The notes below the pieces were generated by a model. That model had not been told where the DNA came from. It was given only the letters and a program-made list of their open reading frames with translations, and made no database searches. From an uncultured Nitrospiraceae bacterium (GTDB lineage Bacteria; Nitrospirota; Nitrospiria; Nitrospirales; Nitrospiraceae), in contig CAVSTP010000004.1 in the NCBI GenBank assembly GCA_963730935.1, positions 1,472,001-1,536,000 of the forward strand: a stretch of DNA of 64,000 bases, read 5' to 3'. Shown in pieces: positions 40,736-51,366 of this stretch. Position numbers and translations under genes: made by a program. Every line of letters starts with the position of its first letter. The stretch's first letter is position 1.

Positions 40736-41413
40736 TCATCTTCGGGATGCCGGTCTTTGATGGTTTGCCCCCAAATTGATCTTCCGAAGGTCCTCTTCAA
40801 AAGCCATGAACACCTGTTCGAGGCCTTGATTCCAAGCCAGCGTGAGCCCCTCAGGAGAGGTATCGGTCATCTCCACCATTTGATGATAGTCGCGCTGAAA
40901 CAGAATGGCCGTCCGGGTCGGGTTATCTTCGATCAAGACCATGCGGATCCCGACGACCGCTTTCCGCCTGTCCTTTTGACGGTAGTCCCCGTAGAGGTCC
41001 GTCACCGTTCCCTCCAACCGATGGGTCGCGTCAATGTAGCTGGACGCCGCCACGACATGTTCGAAGAGCTGGGCATTGATGAGCCAGTTCTGCGCCTGTT
41101 GGGTCAGCATCGTGCTGGGCGGCACAAACCACTGATTGTAGAAATCGGATTCGTACCGTGTGTCGTCCGTCCGATAGACGAGCTCTTGCCCTTGAAAGGC
41201 AGGTGAGACCACAAATCGCCGCACTTCCAGGACGGTCCCGGCCACAGGCGCACCGGATTCGAGTTGCCTGGTCACGTCCAGCGCATAGTACTGTCTCTCT
41301 GGATTGCTCTTGGCTAAGTTGACACAGCTGCTCAGCACCAGGAGCGCCAGAAGCAGCACCCCGTTCACTGAGACGAAGAATCTGCGGGACCTACCGCCTT
41401 CCGGCTTTCGCAT
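40736..41413 (-). CDS. PqiC-like ABC-transport auxiliary lipoprotein
   Basis: VLSSC lipobox; YESDFYNQWFVPP; follows mlaD; start uncertain. Confidence 0.8.
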   Translation of the reverse strand: MRKPEGGRSRRFFVSVNGVLLLALLVLSSCVNLAKSNPERQYYALDVTRQLESGAPVAGTVLEVRRFVVSPAFQGQELVYRTDDTRYESDFYNQWFVPPSTMLTQQAQNWLINAQLFEHVVAASSYIDATHRLEGTVTDLYGDYRQKDRRKAVVGIRMVLIEDNPTRTAILFQRDYHQMVEMTDTSPEGLTLAWNQGLEQVFMAFEEDLRKINLGANHQRPASRR

Positions 41414-42377
41414 GTGATGGTGGCTCACCCAAGATCACTTGAGATGGATATCGCTTGGCATTCGTCATCAATTCTCTGAGGTCTGCTGACACGACGCGAA
41501 GATTCCCCAGGATTTCGTCGATGTCTTGGCTTTTGCCGGCGATGAGATGGTCCACCCGCCGGACCGTGCTATCCAGTCGCATCACGGCGCTGGGCAATTG
41601 CTTCGACGCGAGTGACAGTTCTGAGGCTGTTGCCGCCGCATCGGACAGAATCCTCTGGATGTTGGGGTTGCTCAGGAGACTCCGAGCTTGGTGGAGTGCA
41701 CCCTGCACCTCAGCCAAGGCCTGTCCGGCCTGGGCACTCAGCTGCTTCATATCTGTGTCATCCGCCACTCTGGTCATTGAGACGATCAGCCTGTCCAGAT
41801 CAGCCGTGACCTTATGGATCTGTGCCTGCTCCAAGTCTTTGGCAATCCTGTTCAAGGCTGCGCCGAGCACGGTGACGGTACTGCGTCCAGACGGCACATA
41901 GAGTGTTTTGGGCGTCCATGCGATCGGGAGAGGCGGATAGTCTTTTGGATCATAGTAATCGGCTTCCAGGAAGACCACGCCGGTCACACCTTGTGATGTC
42001 AGCCGAACCCTGAGCCCCTCCTCAACCCGCCGCACGAGCTCACCCCGCCTTTCATCTTCCGACCGGCCCGGAAACAGGTCTTTGATGCCAACCCGCACGA
42101 GAATATAGGTGCCGTATCGAAAGAGGTCTTCTTCGCTGAGCTCTTTGTAGTGATTTCTCACGAAACCAATGTGCTCGACGCTTCCGATCGTCACACCACG
42201 AAATCTGAGCGGCGCGCCGATGCTGAGTCCCTGCACTGATTCATCGAAATAGCTTTCAACCCAAATTTTCTCTTCGAAGAGCGAACCAACACCGAGGACA
42301 ATCACTACAACCACGGCAAGGAGGATGCCGCCGACCGTAAACACCCCGATCTTGAAGTAGTGAGCTTTGGCGCTCAT
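41391..42377 (-). CDS. mlaD: MlaD/MCE family protein
   Basis: YFDESVQGLSIGAPLRFRGVTIGSV; coiled tail. Confidence 0.9.
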   Translation of the reverse strand: MSAKAHYFKIGVFTVGGILLAVVVVIVLGVGSLFEEKIWVESYFDESVQGLSIGAPLRFRGVTIGSVEHIGFVRNHYKELSEEDLFRYGTYILVRVGIKDLFPGRSEDERRGELVRRVEEGLRVRLTSQGVTGVVFLEADYYDPKDYPPLPIAWTPKTLYVPSGRSTVTVLGAALNRIAKDLEQAQIHKVTADLDRLIVSMTRVADDTDMKQLSAQAGQALAEVQGALHQARSLLSNPNIQRILSDAAATASELSLASKQLPSAVMRLDSTVRRVDHLIAGKSQDIDEILGNLRVVSADLRELMTNAKRYPSQVILGEPPSHAKAGRR

Positions 42378-43186
42378 GTGTGTGTTCCTTTAACAGTTTC
42401 GCCCGTGGCCTTGCCTGTCCCTGTCGATGCTTGCCGGTTAAAGAATTGTGTCACCCACGGATTCGTCGAGCGTTCGCGCAGTTCCTGAGGCCTTCCCGTC
42501 GCCACAATCTTCTTCACTCGCTTGTCCAACATGATCACCCGATCGGCAATGGTGTAAATACTCGCCAACTCGTGCGTCACCACCACAAACGTCACCGCGA
42601 GATTGCGGGCAAGGCCGAGAATCAACTGGTCCAAGTCCGCCGAGGTGATCGGATCGAGGCCGGCGGATGGCTCGTCGAGAAAGAGAATCGCCGGTTCCAG
42701 CGCCATCGCGCGCGCGATCGCCGCCCGCTTTTGCATGCCTCCGCTGATCTCGGCGGGCATGTAGTCCGTGAAGCCTTCCAACCCCACCAATTTTAACTTC
42801 ATCAGAGCGATGAGATTCATCGCCTCAAGCGGAAGATCGGTGAACTCCTCTAACGGCAAACGGACATTTTCCAGGAGAGTCATGGACCCAAACAGCGCGC
42901 CCATTTGATACATGACGCCGATGTTCCTGAGGATCTTGGTGCGTTGTTCTCCCTCGGCCGTGACGATGTCCTCGTCCTGAATCAGGATGCGACCCGTGAC
43001 CGGCTGATGGAGGCCGATCATGTGTTTCAGCAAGGTGCTCTTCCCGGATCCAGACCCGCCCAGAATGACGAATACTTCTCCACGATAGACCTCAAAAGAG
43101 ATGTCGTCGATCACCACCGAGCCCTCGAACCCCCCGGTCATGTGCTGGACGCTGATGATGGGATCCTGTGTGGTCACGCTCGTCAC
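42374..43186 (-). CDS. mlaF: ABC ATPase, MlaF family
   Basis: GGSGSGKST, ISGGMQKR, DEPSAGLDP. Confidence 0.92.
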   Translation of the reverse strand: MTSVTTQDPIISVQHMTGGFEGSVVIDDISFEVYRGEVFVILGGSGSGKSTLLKHMIGLHQPVTGRILIQDEDIVTAEGEQRTKILRNIGVMYQMGALFGSMTLLENVRLPLEEFTDLPLEAMNLIALMKLKLVGLEGFTDYMPAEISGGMQKRAAIARAMALEPAILFLDEPSAGLDPITSADLDQLILGLARNLAVTFVVVTHELASIYTIADRVIMLDKRVKKIVATGRPQELRERSTNPWVTQFFNRQASTGTGKATGETVKGTHT

Positions 43187-44331
43187 ACTCCCAGCGCATA
43201 GAAGAGGACCGCAAACACACCATCGACGATCGCAATGAGCACGATGCCGCTCACGACGGCACTGGTGGTAGATTGGCCGACCCCGCTGGCATCCGACGCC
43301 GTCTGAAGGCCGCGCAGGCAGCCGATGCCGGCCACCACGATGCCGTAGACCAAGGACTTGACCAGCCCGCCGAGGAAGTCCCCTACGGTCACCGCTGAAA
43401 GGATCTGATTGATGTAGGTGATCAGCGGAAACCCCAGCGACAGCATCACCAGTGCCCCTCCAATCAACCCAAACAGATTCGCGAATACGCTCAGGATGGG
43501 GGTCATGCTCACCGCCGCCAGGACACGAGGCACCACGAGAAATCGAACCGGTTCAAGCCCCATCGTGACGAGGGCATCGATCTCTTCCCTGACCTTCATG
43601 GTGCCGAGCTCGGCGGCGAATGCCGACCCGGACCGGCCGGCCAGTACAATGGCGGTGATCAGGGGACCCATCTCTCGAAGCATCGAGACGCCAACGAGGT
43701 TTGCGACGAAGATCTCCGCCCCGAAGCGGCGCATCGGAATCGCCGACTGAAACGCCAGGATGAGTCCCAGCAGAAACCCAACCAACGCAATGATCGGGAG
43801 TGCGTCAACGCCAGCCCGTTCCGCACTGAGCCAGGCATCCGACCATCGAACCAGACGTGGATGCCGAGCGGCACGCAACAGCGCCGCCATGAGCTCACCG
43901 ACGAAGGTCAACAGCACCTGGACGTCTTGCCAGATTCCGATTGTAAAGTGGCCAACTTGTTCAACGAGCGAGAGCGGCTCGCGGTGTTTTCCTGTCGGCG
44001 CTTCTCGTGGGACGTCTCCATAGAGATCAAGCAGGCGGCGGAACTCCTCCTTGAGCCCACGAATCGTCACGTGCCCCCCGGTCCCGGCCTGGTGCTGCTG
44101 AAGTTTGACGAAGAAAGCGGCACCCGCGCCATCGCAGTAGCTCACGTCCGAGGCATCAATGACGACCTCGACCGGTCTCGACTGCTCGAGCACGTGCAGG
44201 GCCTGCCTCCACAACCGTCCGGTGGAATTTGTATCTATGTGTCCAGTGATGAGGAGGGTCAGGATGGCTCGATCGTGCGAGAGCCGAGTCTCAAGCGAGC
44301 CGGTCGGGTGAACAGTAGCGGCACCGTTCAT
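43183..44331 (-). CDS. mlaE: STAS-MlaE ABC permease
   Basis: N-terminal STAS; REMGPLITAIVLAGRSGSAFAAELGTM. Confidence 0.92.
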   Translation of the reverse strand: MNGAATVHPTGSLETRLSHDRAILTLLITGHIDTNSTGRLWRQALHVLEQSRPVEVVIDASDVSYCDGAGAAFFVKLQQHQAGTGGHVTIRGLKEEFRRLLDLYGDVPREAPTGKHREPLSLVEQVGHFTIGIWQDVQVLLTFVGELMAALLRAARHPRLVRWSDAWLSAERAGVDALPIIALVGFLLGLILAFQSAIPMRRFGAEIFVANLVGVSMLREMGPLITAIVLAGRSGSAFAAELGTMKVREEIDALVTMGLEPVRFLVVPRVLAAVSMTPILSVFANLFGLIGGALVMLSLGFPLITYINQILSAVTVGDFLGGLVKSLVYGIVVAGIGCLRGLQTASDASGVGQSTTSAVVSGIVLIAIVDGVFAVLFYALGV

Positions 44332-44385
44332 GACAGCAGACCTATTTATAGGACGAACGTTCTTTCCATTAATGCTGAAAACGCT

Positions 44386-44817
44386 CTATTTCATCTGCGT
44401 CATCTCAACATAATAATGATGGCCGTCATTGAGTGCGGCTTCGAGCACCAACACCGGGGTGCCGGCCTTATTATGAAGCGTTATGGTGCCGGTCCCTCTG
44501 CCACTGGTTCCCGAAACTTGGCCGTTGAGAATTGTGAGGGTGCCGGTCCCTAAGAATAAGCCGGATCCCGATCCCTCATCGCTGATAAAGTTAAAGTGTC
44601 CCCGCTCATTGATGACCATGAGGACTTGCGCATGGTCCCGCATATCCGGCATCCGTTTACTCAATCCTTCCCATTTGCCGGCCACCTGCGTAAACGTGGT
44701 AATGGGAACGATCTTCGATTCAGACCGGCTCTGCATAGTCCCGCAGCCGAAGATCACTGCCGCACACAATGCCAGCGTGAAGATCATCAGTCCTTTCATC
44801 ACATTCACCATTGTCAT
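44386..44817 (-). CDS. Hypothetical lipoprotein
   Basis: AVIFGC lipobox; VAGKWEG; in operon. Confidence 0.7.
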   Translation of the reverse strand: MTMVNVMKGLMIFTLALCAAVIFGCGTMQSRSESKIVPITTFTQVAGKWEGLSKRMPDMRDHAQVLMVINERGHFNFISDEGSGSGLFLGTGTLTILNGQVSGTSGRGTGTITLHNKAGTPVLVLEAALNDGHHYYVEMTQMK

Positions 44818-44818
44818 T

Positions 44819-46261
44819 CTATTGACCGCCAGTTGGGCCATTCATCGCTGTTTTCTCCGTGGCCGGCGTCGGCGACCATCCTCCCCCCAGGGCTTTATAG
44901 AGTTGGACCACCGACACGAGATGTAGGCGGCGCGTAGAGGCCAGCGAAAGTTCGGCGTCAAAAAGGTTTCGCTGCGCGATGAGCACATCCAGATAATTCG
45001 CGATCCCGCCAGTGTAGCGCAGATTCGCCAGATGCAATGCCGACTGCAGCGCCTTGACTTGCTTTTCCTGTGCCCTCACCTGTTCAACGGCGGTCGTCAC
45101 CGCCACCAACGCATCCTCCACTTCTCTGAAGGCAACAAGGATCGTCTGTTCGTATTGGGCAACGGCCTGGCCCGCTTGAGCCTGCGACGCCTCCTGTTGA
45201 AACCCTAAAATCTGCGCATTGAAGAGCGGACCGGCCACGCTGGCCCCTGCCACCCCGAAAAAGGTTTCGTTGGCCACCAGATGGTTCAACTGGGGACTGG
45301 CAATACCCAGAATGCCGGTGATGCTGAGCTTGGGAAATCGGTCGGCCTTGGCCTGTCCTATCCTTGCGGTCGCGGCGGCCAATTGTTGCTCTGCTTGGAT
45401 GACATCTGGACGGCGCTGCAACAGCTCTGAGGGAAGGCCGGCCGGCACGAGCGGCGGCATCATTTGTTCGGTCAGGGCGCGCCCCCTCGTGATTCGAGCG
45501 GGATTCCTCCCCAGTAAGACGCTGATTTCGTTTTCCTTCTGCACCATCTGCCGCTTCAACTCGGCGATGCGAGCCGCGGCATTCGCCTGTTCGGCTTCGA
45601 ACTGATCGACATCCAGTTGATTGATGTAGCCCACCCGGAACCGCGCCTTGGCAAGTTTCACGGACTCATCCCACGCTCCCAACGTCCGCGTAGCGATTTC
45701 GAGCTGCAGGTCGAACTGCCGGAGTTCGAAATAGGCTTGAGCCACTCCGCCCACGATCTGAAGGATAATCGCTCTGCGGTTCTCTTCCCGGGCGAGCAAG
45801 TCTCCCAGGGCGGCCTCATTGGAGCGGCGGATCCGTCCCCAGATATCGAGTTCCCAAGCGAGATTGCCCTGGACATAGTAGTTGAACGGGTTGGGGAATC
45901 CGGGGAAGGCGACATTTCTCGTGTTGCCGAAGCCCGGCGCGTTGACCACCGCATTCATCTGCGGAGCAAAATCGGTTTTGGCGATGAGCATCCGTGCGGC
46001 AAATTCGTCCACGGTCGCCACCGTCCGTTTGAGATCCTTGTTTTCCTCCAGTGCGACGCGGATCAGCCTTTGGAGTTCCTCATCACGATAGAGTTCCCAC
46101 CACGGAACGTTGGCCAGAGACTGCACATCTTTTTGTGCCTCGGCCATCCGGAAGGAGTCGGACACGGGGATGTCGGGGCGGGAGTAGTCCGGACCGACCT
46201 TGCAGGAGGCAAGTACCAACAGCAGTCCGAGCAAGAGTACGCGGTGGATGATGGAAGACAT
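44819..46261 (-). CDS. Efflux outer-membrane factor (NodT/OprM family)
   Basis: LASCKVGPDY, WELDIWGRIRR, LLQRRPDV, LYKALGGGW. Confidence 0.95.
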   Translation of the reverse strand: MSSIIHRVLLLGLLLVLASCKVGPDYSRPDIPVSDSFRMAEAQKDVQSLANVPWWELYRDEELQRLIRVALEENKDLKRTVATVDEFAARMLIAKTDFAPQMNAVVNAPGFGNTRNVAFPGFPNPFNYYVQGNLAWELDIWGRIRRSNEAALGDLLAREENRRAIILQIVGGVAQAYFELRQFDLQLEIATRTLGAWDESVKLAKARFRVGYINQLDVDQFEAEQANAAARIAELKRQMVQKENEISVLLGRNPARITRGRALTEQMMPPLVPAGLPSELLQRRPDVIQAEQQLAAATARIGQAKADRFPKLSITGILGIASPQLNHLVANETFFGVAGASVAGPLFNAQILGFQQEASQAQAGQAVAQYEQTILVAFREVEDALVAVTTAVEQVRAQEKQVKALQSALHLANLRYTGGIANYLDVLIAQRNLFDAELSLASTRRLHLVSVVQLYKALGGGWSPTPATEKTAMNGPTGGQ

Positions 46262-46300
46262 ATTCCTCACCTCCCGGTTAGCCCAGAGGGGAATACTCGG

Positions 46301-49300
46301 TCAGACGGTCTTCTCGGCGACAGGCCTCTCGCGGGGCACTACCGGCGGCTCGACCACCGCCGAACCGAGGACCCACTGGTTCATTTTTCCGATGAGCACA
46401 AAGAACAGGGGCACGAAAAAGATGGCGAGGAATGTCGCCGCCAGCATGCCGCCAAGCACCCCGGTGCCGATGGATCGCCGGCTGGCGGCGCCGGCACCAG
46501 TGGCGATCACGAGCGGCAGGACGCCAAGAATGAAGGCCATCGAGGTCATGATAATGGGACGGAAGCGCAGCCGGGCGGCCTCGACGGCCGACTCGATCAG
46601 CGGGCGGCCCTGGTGGTATTGCTGGCTGGCAAATTCGACGATCAGAATCGCATTCTTCGCCGACAGTCCGATCAGCGTGACGAGCCCGATCTGGAAGTAG
46701 ATGTCGTTATTCATGCCGCGCAGCCACACCGCCGACAAAGCGCCGAAGACTCCGAATGGCACCGCGAGAATCACGGCAAAGGGCACCGTCCAACTTTCGT
46801 ACTGCGCCGCGAGGACCAGAAATACCATCAGGAGACCAAACGCGAATGCGAGAACCGATTGGGTCCCCGCCTTTCGTTCCTGGAAAGAAATCCCGCTCCA
46901 GTCGATCCGATACCCCTGCGGCACCAATACCTCCTCTGCCACCCGCTGAAGCGCATCCAGGGTTTGTCCCGAACTGGAGCCCGGACTCGAGGCGCCGAGG
47001 ACCAGGGCCGTATTGAACCCATTGAAATGCGTCACCGGATCGGGGCCGCTCGTTGATTCGGTGCTCACCACGGTGTCGAGCGGAATCATGGCATGGCCTT
47101 GGCCCTGACTGTTCGTCGCCCGGACATAAATTTTCGAGATGTCCTGCGGCGCCGAGCGATATTGGGCTTCCGCTTCGGTTTGCACCCGATAGACCCGCCC
47201 AAATTTCACGAAGTCGTTGATATAGAAATTCCCGAAGTAGGCTTGCATCGTATCGAAGACTTCCGAGATCGGGATCCCGAGGGCTTTGGCACGGTCGCGG
47301 TTGATCGTGGCGTACAATCGAGGCGCGGTTACTCGAAAGCTGGTGCTGATGCCGCCGATCGCCGGGTCTTGCTTGGCCTTGGCCACGAACTCCTTGGTCA
47401 CGGCTGCGAATTTCTTGAAATCCCCTCCGCTCGGATCCTGGATCTGGACGGAGAACCCGCCCGTCGCGCCGAGGCCACGGATCGACGGAGGGTTGAAGGC
47501 CAATACGACTGCGTCGCGGAATTTCCCGAATTCCCGAAAGGCCCCAGCGATCAGCGCCTTCGCATGCAGTTGCGGGTCCTTCCGTTTATCCCATGGCATA
47601 AGCGGCACAAAGGTCGTCGCCATGTAGGTCCCACGGGTATTGAAGACGAAATTTTGACCGACCAGTGCATTTGTGCCGTATACGGCCGGATTCGAGAGAA
47701 AGAATCCTTCGACTTTGTCCATCACGGCGAGGGTCCGTTTCTTCGAGGCACCATCAGGAAGCTGAGCTACCACGATGATGTAGCCTTGGTCTTCGTCAGG
47801 CAAAAAGCCCGAGGGTGTGACGCGGAACAGCGCCAGCGCCACCAACGCGACAATGCCGAACAAGGCGAGCGAGAAGAGCGTGCGTGCGATGGTGTGACCG
47901 ACGGCGCCGGCATAGCGCGTTTGGCCCCACACGAAGAATCGATTGAAGTGTGCGAAAAATCCTTTCCTCGCGCTATGACGCGGTTTGAGGATTAAGGCGC
48001 ACAGCGCCGGACTCAGCGTCAACGCCACGAAGCCGGAGATCATGACGGAGATCGCGATGGTAATCGCGAATTGCTTATACAGCTGGCCGGTAATGCCGCC
48101 TAAGAATCCTACCGGGACAAAGACCGCGCAGAGGACCAGCACGATGGCAATCACCGGGCCGGTCACTTCCTCCATGGCCTTTTTCGCTGCTTCCTTGGGT
48201 GACAGGCCGTCTTCGATGTGACGCTCGACGTTCTCGACCACGACGATAGCGTCGTCCACCACGATGCCGATCGCCAGGATCATGCCGAACAGCGTCAGCG
48301 TATTAATGGAGAAGCCCAGCGCAGACATGCCGGCAAATGTCCCGATGAGTGAGACGGGCACTGCCACCGCCGGGATCAGCGTCGCACGCCAGGACTGTAA
48401 AAAAAGATACACGACGAGGATGACCAGGATCATCGCATCGCGCAAAGTCTTGACGACCTCTTCAATCGACACTTCGATAAATCGTGTCGTGTCATAGGGG
48501 ACGTCGTACGTCACGCCGGGTGGGAAGGTCTTCGCCAATTCATCCATCCGCTGGCGGACTTGTCTGATGGTGTCGAGGGCGTTAAACCCCGGCGCCAAAA
48601 ATGTGACGAGTAGGGCCGTGGGTTTTCCCTTGTACCGCCCATCCAGGTCGTACGATTGCGCGCCGAGTTCAATCCTGGCCACATCTTTCAAGCGGATCAT
48701 GGAACCGTTGGGCATGGCCCGAACGATCATCTCCTCGAAGTCCTTCACCTCCGTCAGACGGCCGCGCGTAATGATTGGAATCGTGAGCTCGTTCTGTTGC
48801 GGCGTGGGCTCTCGCCCGATCAAGCCTGCCGGAAAGTCCCGGTTCTGTTCCCGGACAACGCCGACAATGTCGCTGGGAGTGAGATTGAGTTGCGCCATGC
48901 GCACCGAGTCGAGAACCACCCGCATGCTGTAGTTCTGCTGCCCGAAGATATAGGCGTCGCCCACGCCCGGGATACGCTTGATGTCGTCGACGAGACGGAC
49001 CGTCGCGTAGTTCGCGAGAAAAAACGCATCGTACTTGGGATCGGTCGACTGGAGGATCAAGACGCCCAACAGATCGGTCGAAAGTTTCTTGACCGTGACC
49101 CCCTGACGAATGACTTCCGGCGGGAGTTGAGGCTCTGCCAGCTTCTCCCGGTTCTGGGCCTGGACCTGTGCGATGTCGATGTTGGTGCTGATCTCGAACG
49201 TCAGCCGGAGGGTCATGTGGCCGTCATTGGTGCTGGTCGAGTCGTAGTAGAGGAGGTTGTCGATGCCGGGAATCTGCAGCTCAATGACACGGGCGACGGA

Positions 49301-49480
49301 ATCGGCCACGGTCTCAGCGCTGGCACCGGGGTAATCGGCGTCGATCTGGACGACAGGAGGCGTTATCTGGGGAAACTGCGCGATGGGCAGGGTCACCATC
49401 GCCACGAGGCCGATCACCACAATCACGATCGAGAGGACCGAGGCAAAGATCGGCCGATCGATGAAAAACCGCGGGCTCAT
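46301..49480 (-). CDS. RND efflux permease (HAE1, AcrB-like)
   Basis: FFIDRPIFA, GIVVDDAIVVVEN, AKNAILIVEF, RFRPIIMTS. Confidence 0.97.
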   Translation of the reverse strand: MSPRFFIDRPIFASVLSIVIVVIGLVAMVTLPIAQFPQITPPVVQIDADYPGASAETVADSVARVIELQIPGIDNLLYYDSTSTNDGHMTLRLTFEISTNIDIAQVQAQNREKLAEPQLPPEVIRQGVTVKKLSTDLLGVLILQSTDPKYDAFFLANYATVRLVDDIKRIPGVGDAYIFGQQNYSMRVVLDSVRMAQLNLTPSDIVGVVREQNRDFPAGLIGREPTPQQNELTIPIITRGRLTEVKDFEEMIVRAMPNGSMIRLKDVARIELGAQSYDLDGRYKGKPTALLVTFLAPGFNALDTIRQVRQRMDELAKTFPPGVTYDVPYDTTRFIEVSIEEVVKTLRDAMILVILVVYLFLQSWRATLIPAVAVPVSLIGTFAGMSALGFSINTLTLFGMILAIGIVVDDAIVVVENVERHIEDGLSPKEAAKKAMEEVTGPVIAIVLVLCAVFVPVGFLGGITGQLYKQFAITIAISVMISGFVALTLSPALCALILKPRHSARKGFFAHFNRFFVWGQTRYAGAVGHTIARTLFSLALFGIVALVALALFRVTPSGFLPDEDQGYIIVVAQLPDGASKKRTLAVMDKVEGFFLSNPAVYGTNALVGQNFVFNTRGTYMATTFVPLMPWDKRKDPQLHAKALIAGAFREFGKFRDAVVLAFNPPSIRGLGATGGFSVQIQDPSGGDFKKFAAVTKEFVAKAKQDPAIGGISTSFRVTAPRLYATINRDRAKALGIPISEVFDTMQAYFGNFYINDFVKFGRVYRVQTEAEAQYRSAPQDISKIYVRATNSQGQGHAMIPLDTVVSTESTSGPDPVTHFNGFNTALVLGASSPGSSSGQTLDALQRVAEEVLVPQGYRIDWSGISFQERKAGTQSVLAFAFGLLMVFLVLAAQYESWTVPFAVILAVPFGVFGALSAVWLRGMNNDIYFQIGLVTLIGLSAKNAILIVEFASQQYHQGRPLIESAVEAARLRFRPIIMTSMAFILGVLPLVIATGAGAASRRSIGTGVLGGMLAATFLAIFFVPLFFVLIGKMNQWVLGSAVVEPPVVPRERPVAEKTV

Positions 49481-50679
49481 TTGGACGCTTCGGACGCTTC
49501 GTTTTTCTTTGGCCCTGAGGCTTGAGTCCCCGACGGTTCGACCTCAACCGGTACCGGCTTCACGGTCGAATCGGGGATGATGCGTTGCAGACTATCAACG
49601 ACCACCTGTTCCCCGGAGGCCAAACCTTCTTCCACGAGCCATTGGTTTCCTTGCCAGACGGTCGCCTTGACCTCTCGGATCTCCACTTTGTTGTCGGCAC
49701 TCACGACATACACGATCGGGCCTTTCGGCCCTTGCAGCACGGCTCGTTGTGGAATGAGCATCACGCTACTCCTCGAGACCCCATGAAAACGGACCGTCAC
49801 GAACTGACCGGGAATGATGATGCCGTCACGATTGGGGAACGTGACACGACCCGACCGTTCGCCGGTGTCGCTGCGCAGTCCCACATCGAGCAGATCCAGC
49901 GTGCCTTCCTCCGCATACTTGCTGCCATTGAGAAAAATGAGCGTGCCTGTCAGTTTGTAGATGCCGGGATGCTGGATCTTCTTGGCGGCAATATCCTCGC
50001 GCCGCTTGATCAAAAACGCCTCCGGGGCATTGACGACGACATACATCGGATCGATCTGATGGATGATCGTCAGCAAATCGGTCTGCGCGGAGACCAAACG
50101 GCCTTCATACACGCGTGTTCGCTCGACCAATCCCGTAATCGGCGCCACGATGACCGTGTTGTTAAGATCAAACTTGGCTTTGATCAAATCGCCTTTGGCG
50201 GTGTCCAGGGCGGCCTTGGCTGATAGTTCTTCCGCCACCGCATCGTCGTAGTCCTTTTGACTGACGGCGTGCTCTTCCAAGAGCGGCTTCACGCGCGCCA
50301 GGTTTTGCCTGGCCTGCACGAGGCGCGCCTCAGACTGGGACACTCGGCCCGTGGCACTGGCCGCCGCTGCGCGGAATGGCACCTCATCGATTCGATAGAG
50401 CCGATCGCCCTTCTTGATGTCTCTCCCCTCCTGGAAGTACCGCTCTTGGATGATGCCCGTCACCTGCGATCGAATTTCTACGATTCGCGACGCTTCGGCT
50501 TGACCGATGAACTCCGGCTCGTCGGGGACTGAAGTAGGTGTCACCGTCAGTACCCCGATTTCCGGCACCGGAGGGGCGGGTGACGACTGGACTTCTCCTT
50601 TACAGCCCGAGAGATACAGGGAGGCCCCGAAAATCAACGTCCACACGGCTAGAGATCGAATGGTGTGATTGGTGTTCAC
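49477..50679 (-). CDS. RND periplasmic adaptor (AcrA-like lipoprotein)
   Basis: GTG start, YLSGC lipobox; VEIRSQVTG, VAPITG. Confidence 0.92.
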   Translation of the reverse strand: MNTNHTIRSLAVWTLIFGASLYLSGCKGEVQSSPAPPVPEIGVLTVTPTSVPDEPEFIGQAEASRIVEIRSQVTGIIQERYFQEGRDIKKGDRLYRIDEVPFRAAAASATGRVSQSEARLVQARQNLARVKPLLEEHAVSQKDYDDAVAEELSAKAALDTAKGDLIKAKFDLNNTVIVAPITGLVERTRVYEGRLVSAQTDLLTIIHQIDPMYVVVNAPEAFLIKRREDIAAKKIQHPGIYKLTGTLIFLNGSKYAEEGTLDLLDVGLRSDTGERSGRVTFPNRDGIIIPGQFVTVRFHGVSRSSVMLIPQRAVLQGPKGPIVYVVSADNKVEIREVKATVWQGNQWLVEEGLASGEQVVVDSLQRIIPDSTVKPVPVEVEPSGTQASGPKKNEASEASK

Positions 50680-50887
50680 CTTCTGGCCTTGCAAGAGCGC
50701 AGACCGCTTGAATTCATTGAGCACACGCGCAGGACTTGTGCGAGGGGGCGGTGGTAAGGCCGGTGATGACGGGAAAGACCGATGGGGGAGGGTGACTGAC
50801 CCTTTGGCGTCTGCCATAGACGAGCCGCCTCCAGTCACGGGATGATCAGTATTACACAACGTACGATGCACTGCCCCTGTCAATTCT

Positions 50888-50935
50888 GACAGGTCATTAA
50901 CCACGCATCCGGACAGGTCATTAACCACGCATCCG
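50888..50935. repeat. Perfect 24-bp tandem duplication
   Basis: GACAGGTCATTAACCACGCATCCG x2. Confidence 0.95.
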
Positions 50936-51154
50936 CGAGAAGTTCTGCTGTCTCGCTGGCGACGAACTGTCGGCGCGCCGCCGAACGATCGGCAGATGAT
51001 GCTGCTGTTCGGCATGACAGGGTCGAAGGATGTTCATTGAAAGCCCGCGTTCTGTAATGGTTTTCCCGCTTTTCGAGTATCGGTTGATGGAGGAATGATC
51101 GTTGCCTTACTTTCTGCGTAGAACATCGAATCGCACAAGAGGAAGGAGGACGCC

Positions 51155-51322
51155 ATGAGATGGGAACTGTTTACATGGATTTTGGCAGGAGGGGTCTTTA
51201 GCATGCTCTGGTTTCTCTATCTTTCGATCGCACAGGACCACAAACACAGGACGGCGTTGGCCCAGTATTTTAGACGGCATCGGACCCATCGTCACCGTGA
51301 TGGCTCTATTGCAAACGCATGA
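51155..51322 (+). CDS. 55-aa membrane protein with His/Arg-rich tail (not in ORF track)
   Basis: GGAAGGAGGA RBS; MRWELFTWILAGGVFSMLWFLYLSIAQDHKHRTALAQYFRRHRTHRHRDGSIANA*. Confidence 0.6.
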   Translation: MRWELFTWILAGGVFSMLWFLYLSIAQDHKHRTALAQYFRRHRTHRHRDGSIANA

Positions 51323-51366
51323 TCGTTGGGAGGACAGTGTAAAGGCTCATCTGAGATGTAGAGCGT

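Noticed and set aside
50680..51015. N-terminal extension of the RND adaptor ORF (likewise tal 36976-37170)
   Set aside because: Signal peptide or family start lies downstream; the extension is open intergenic sequence.
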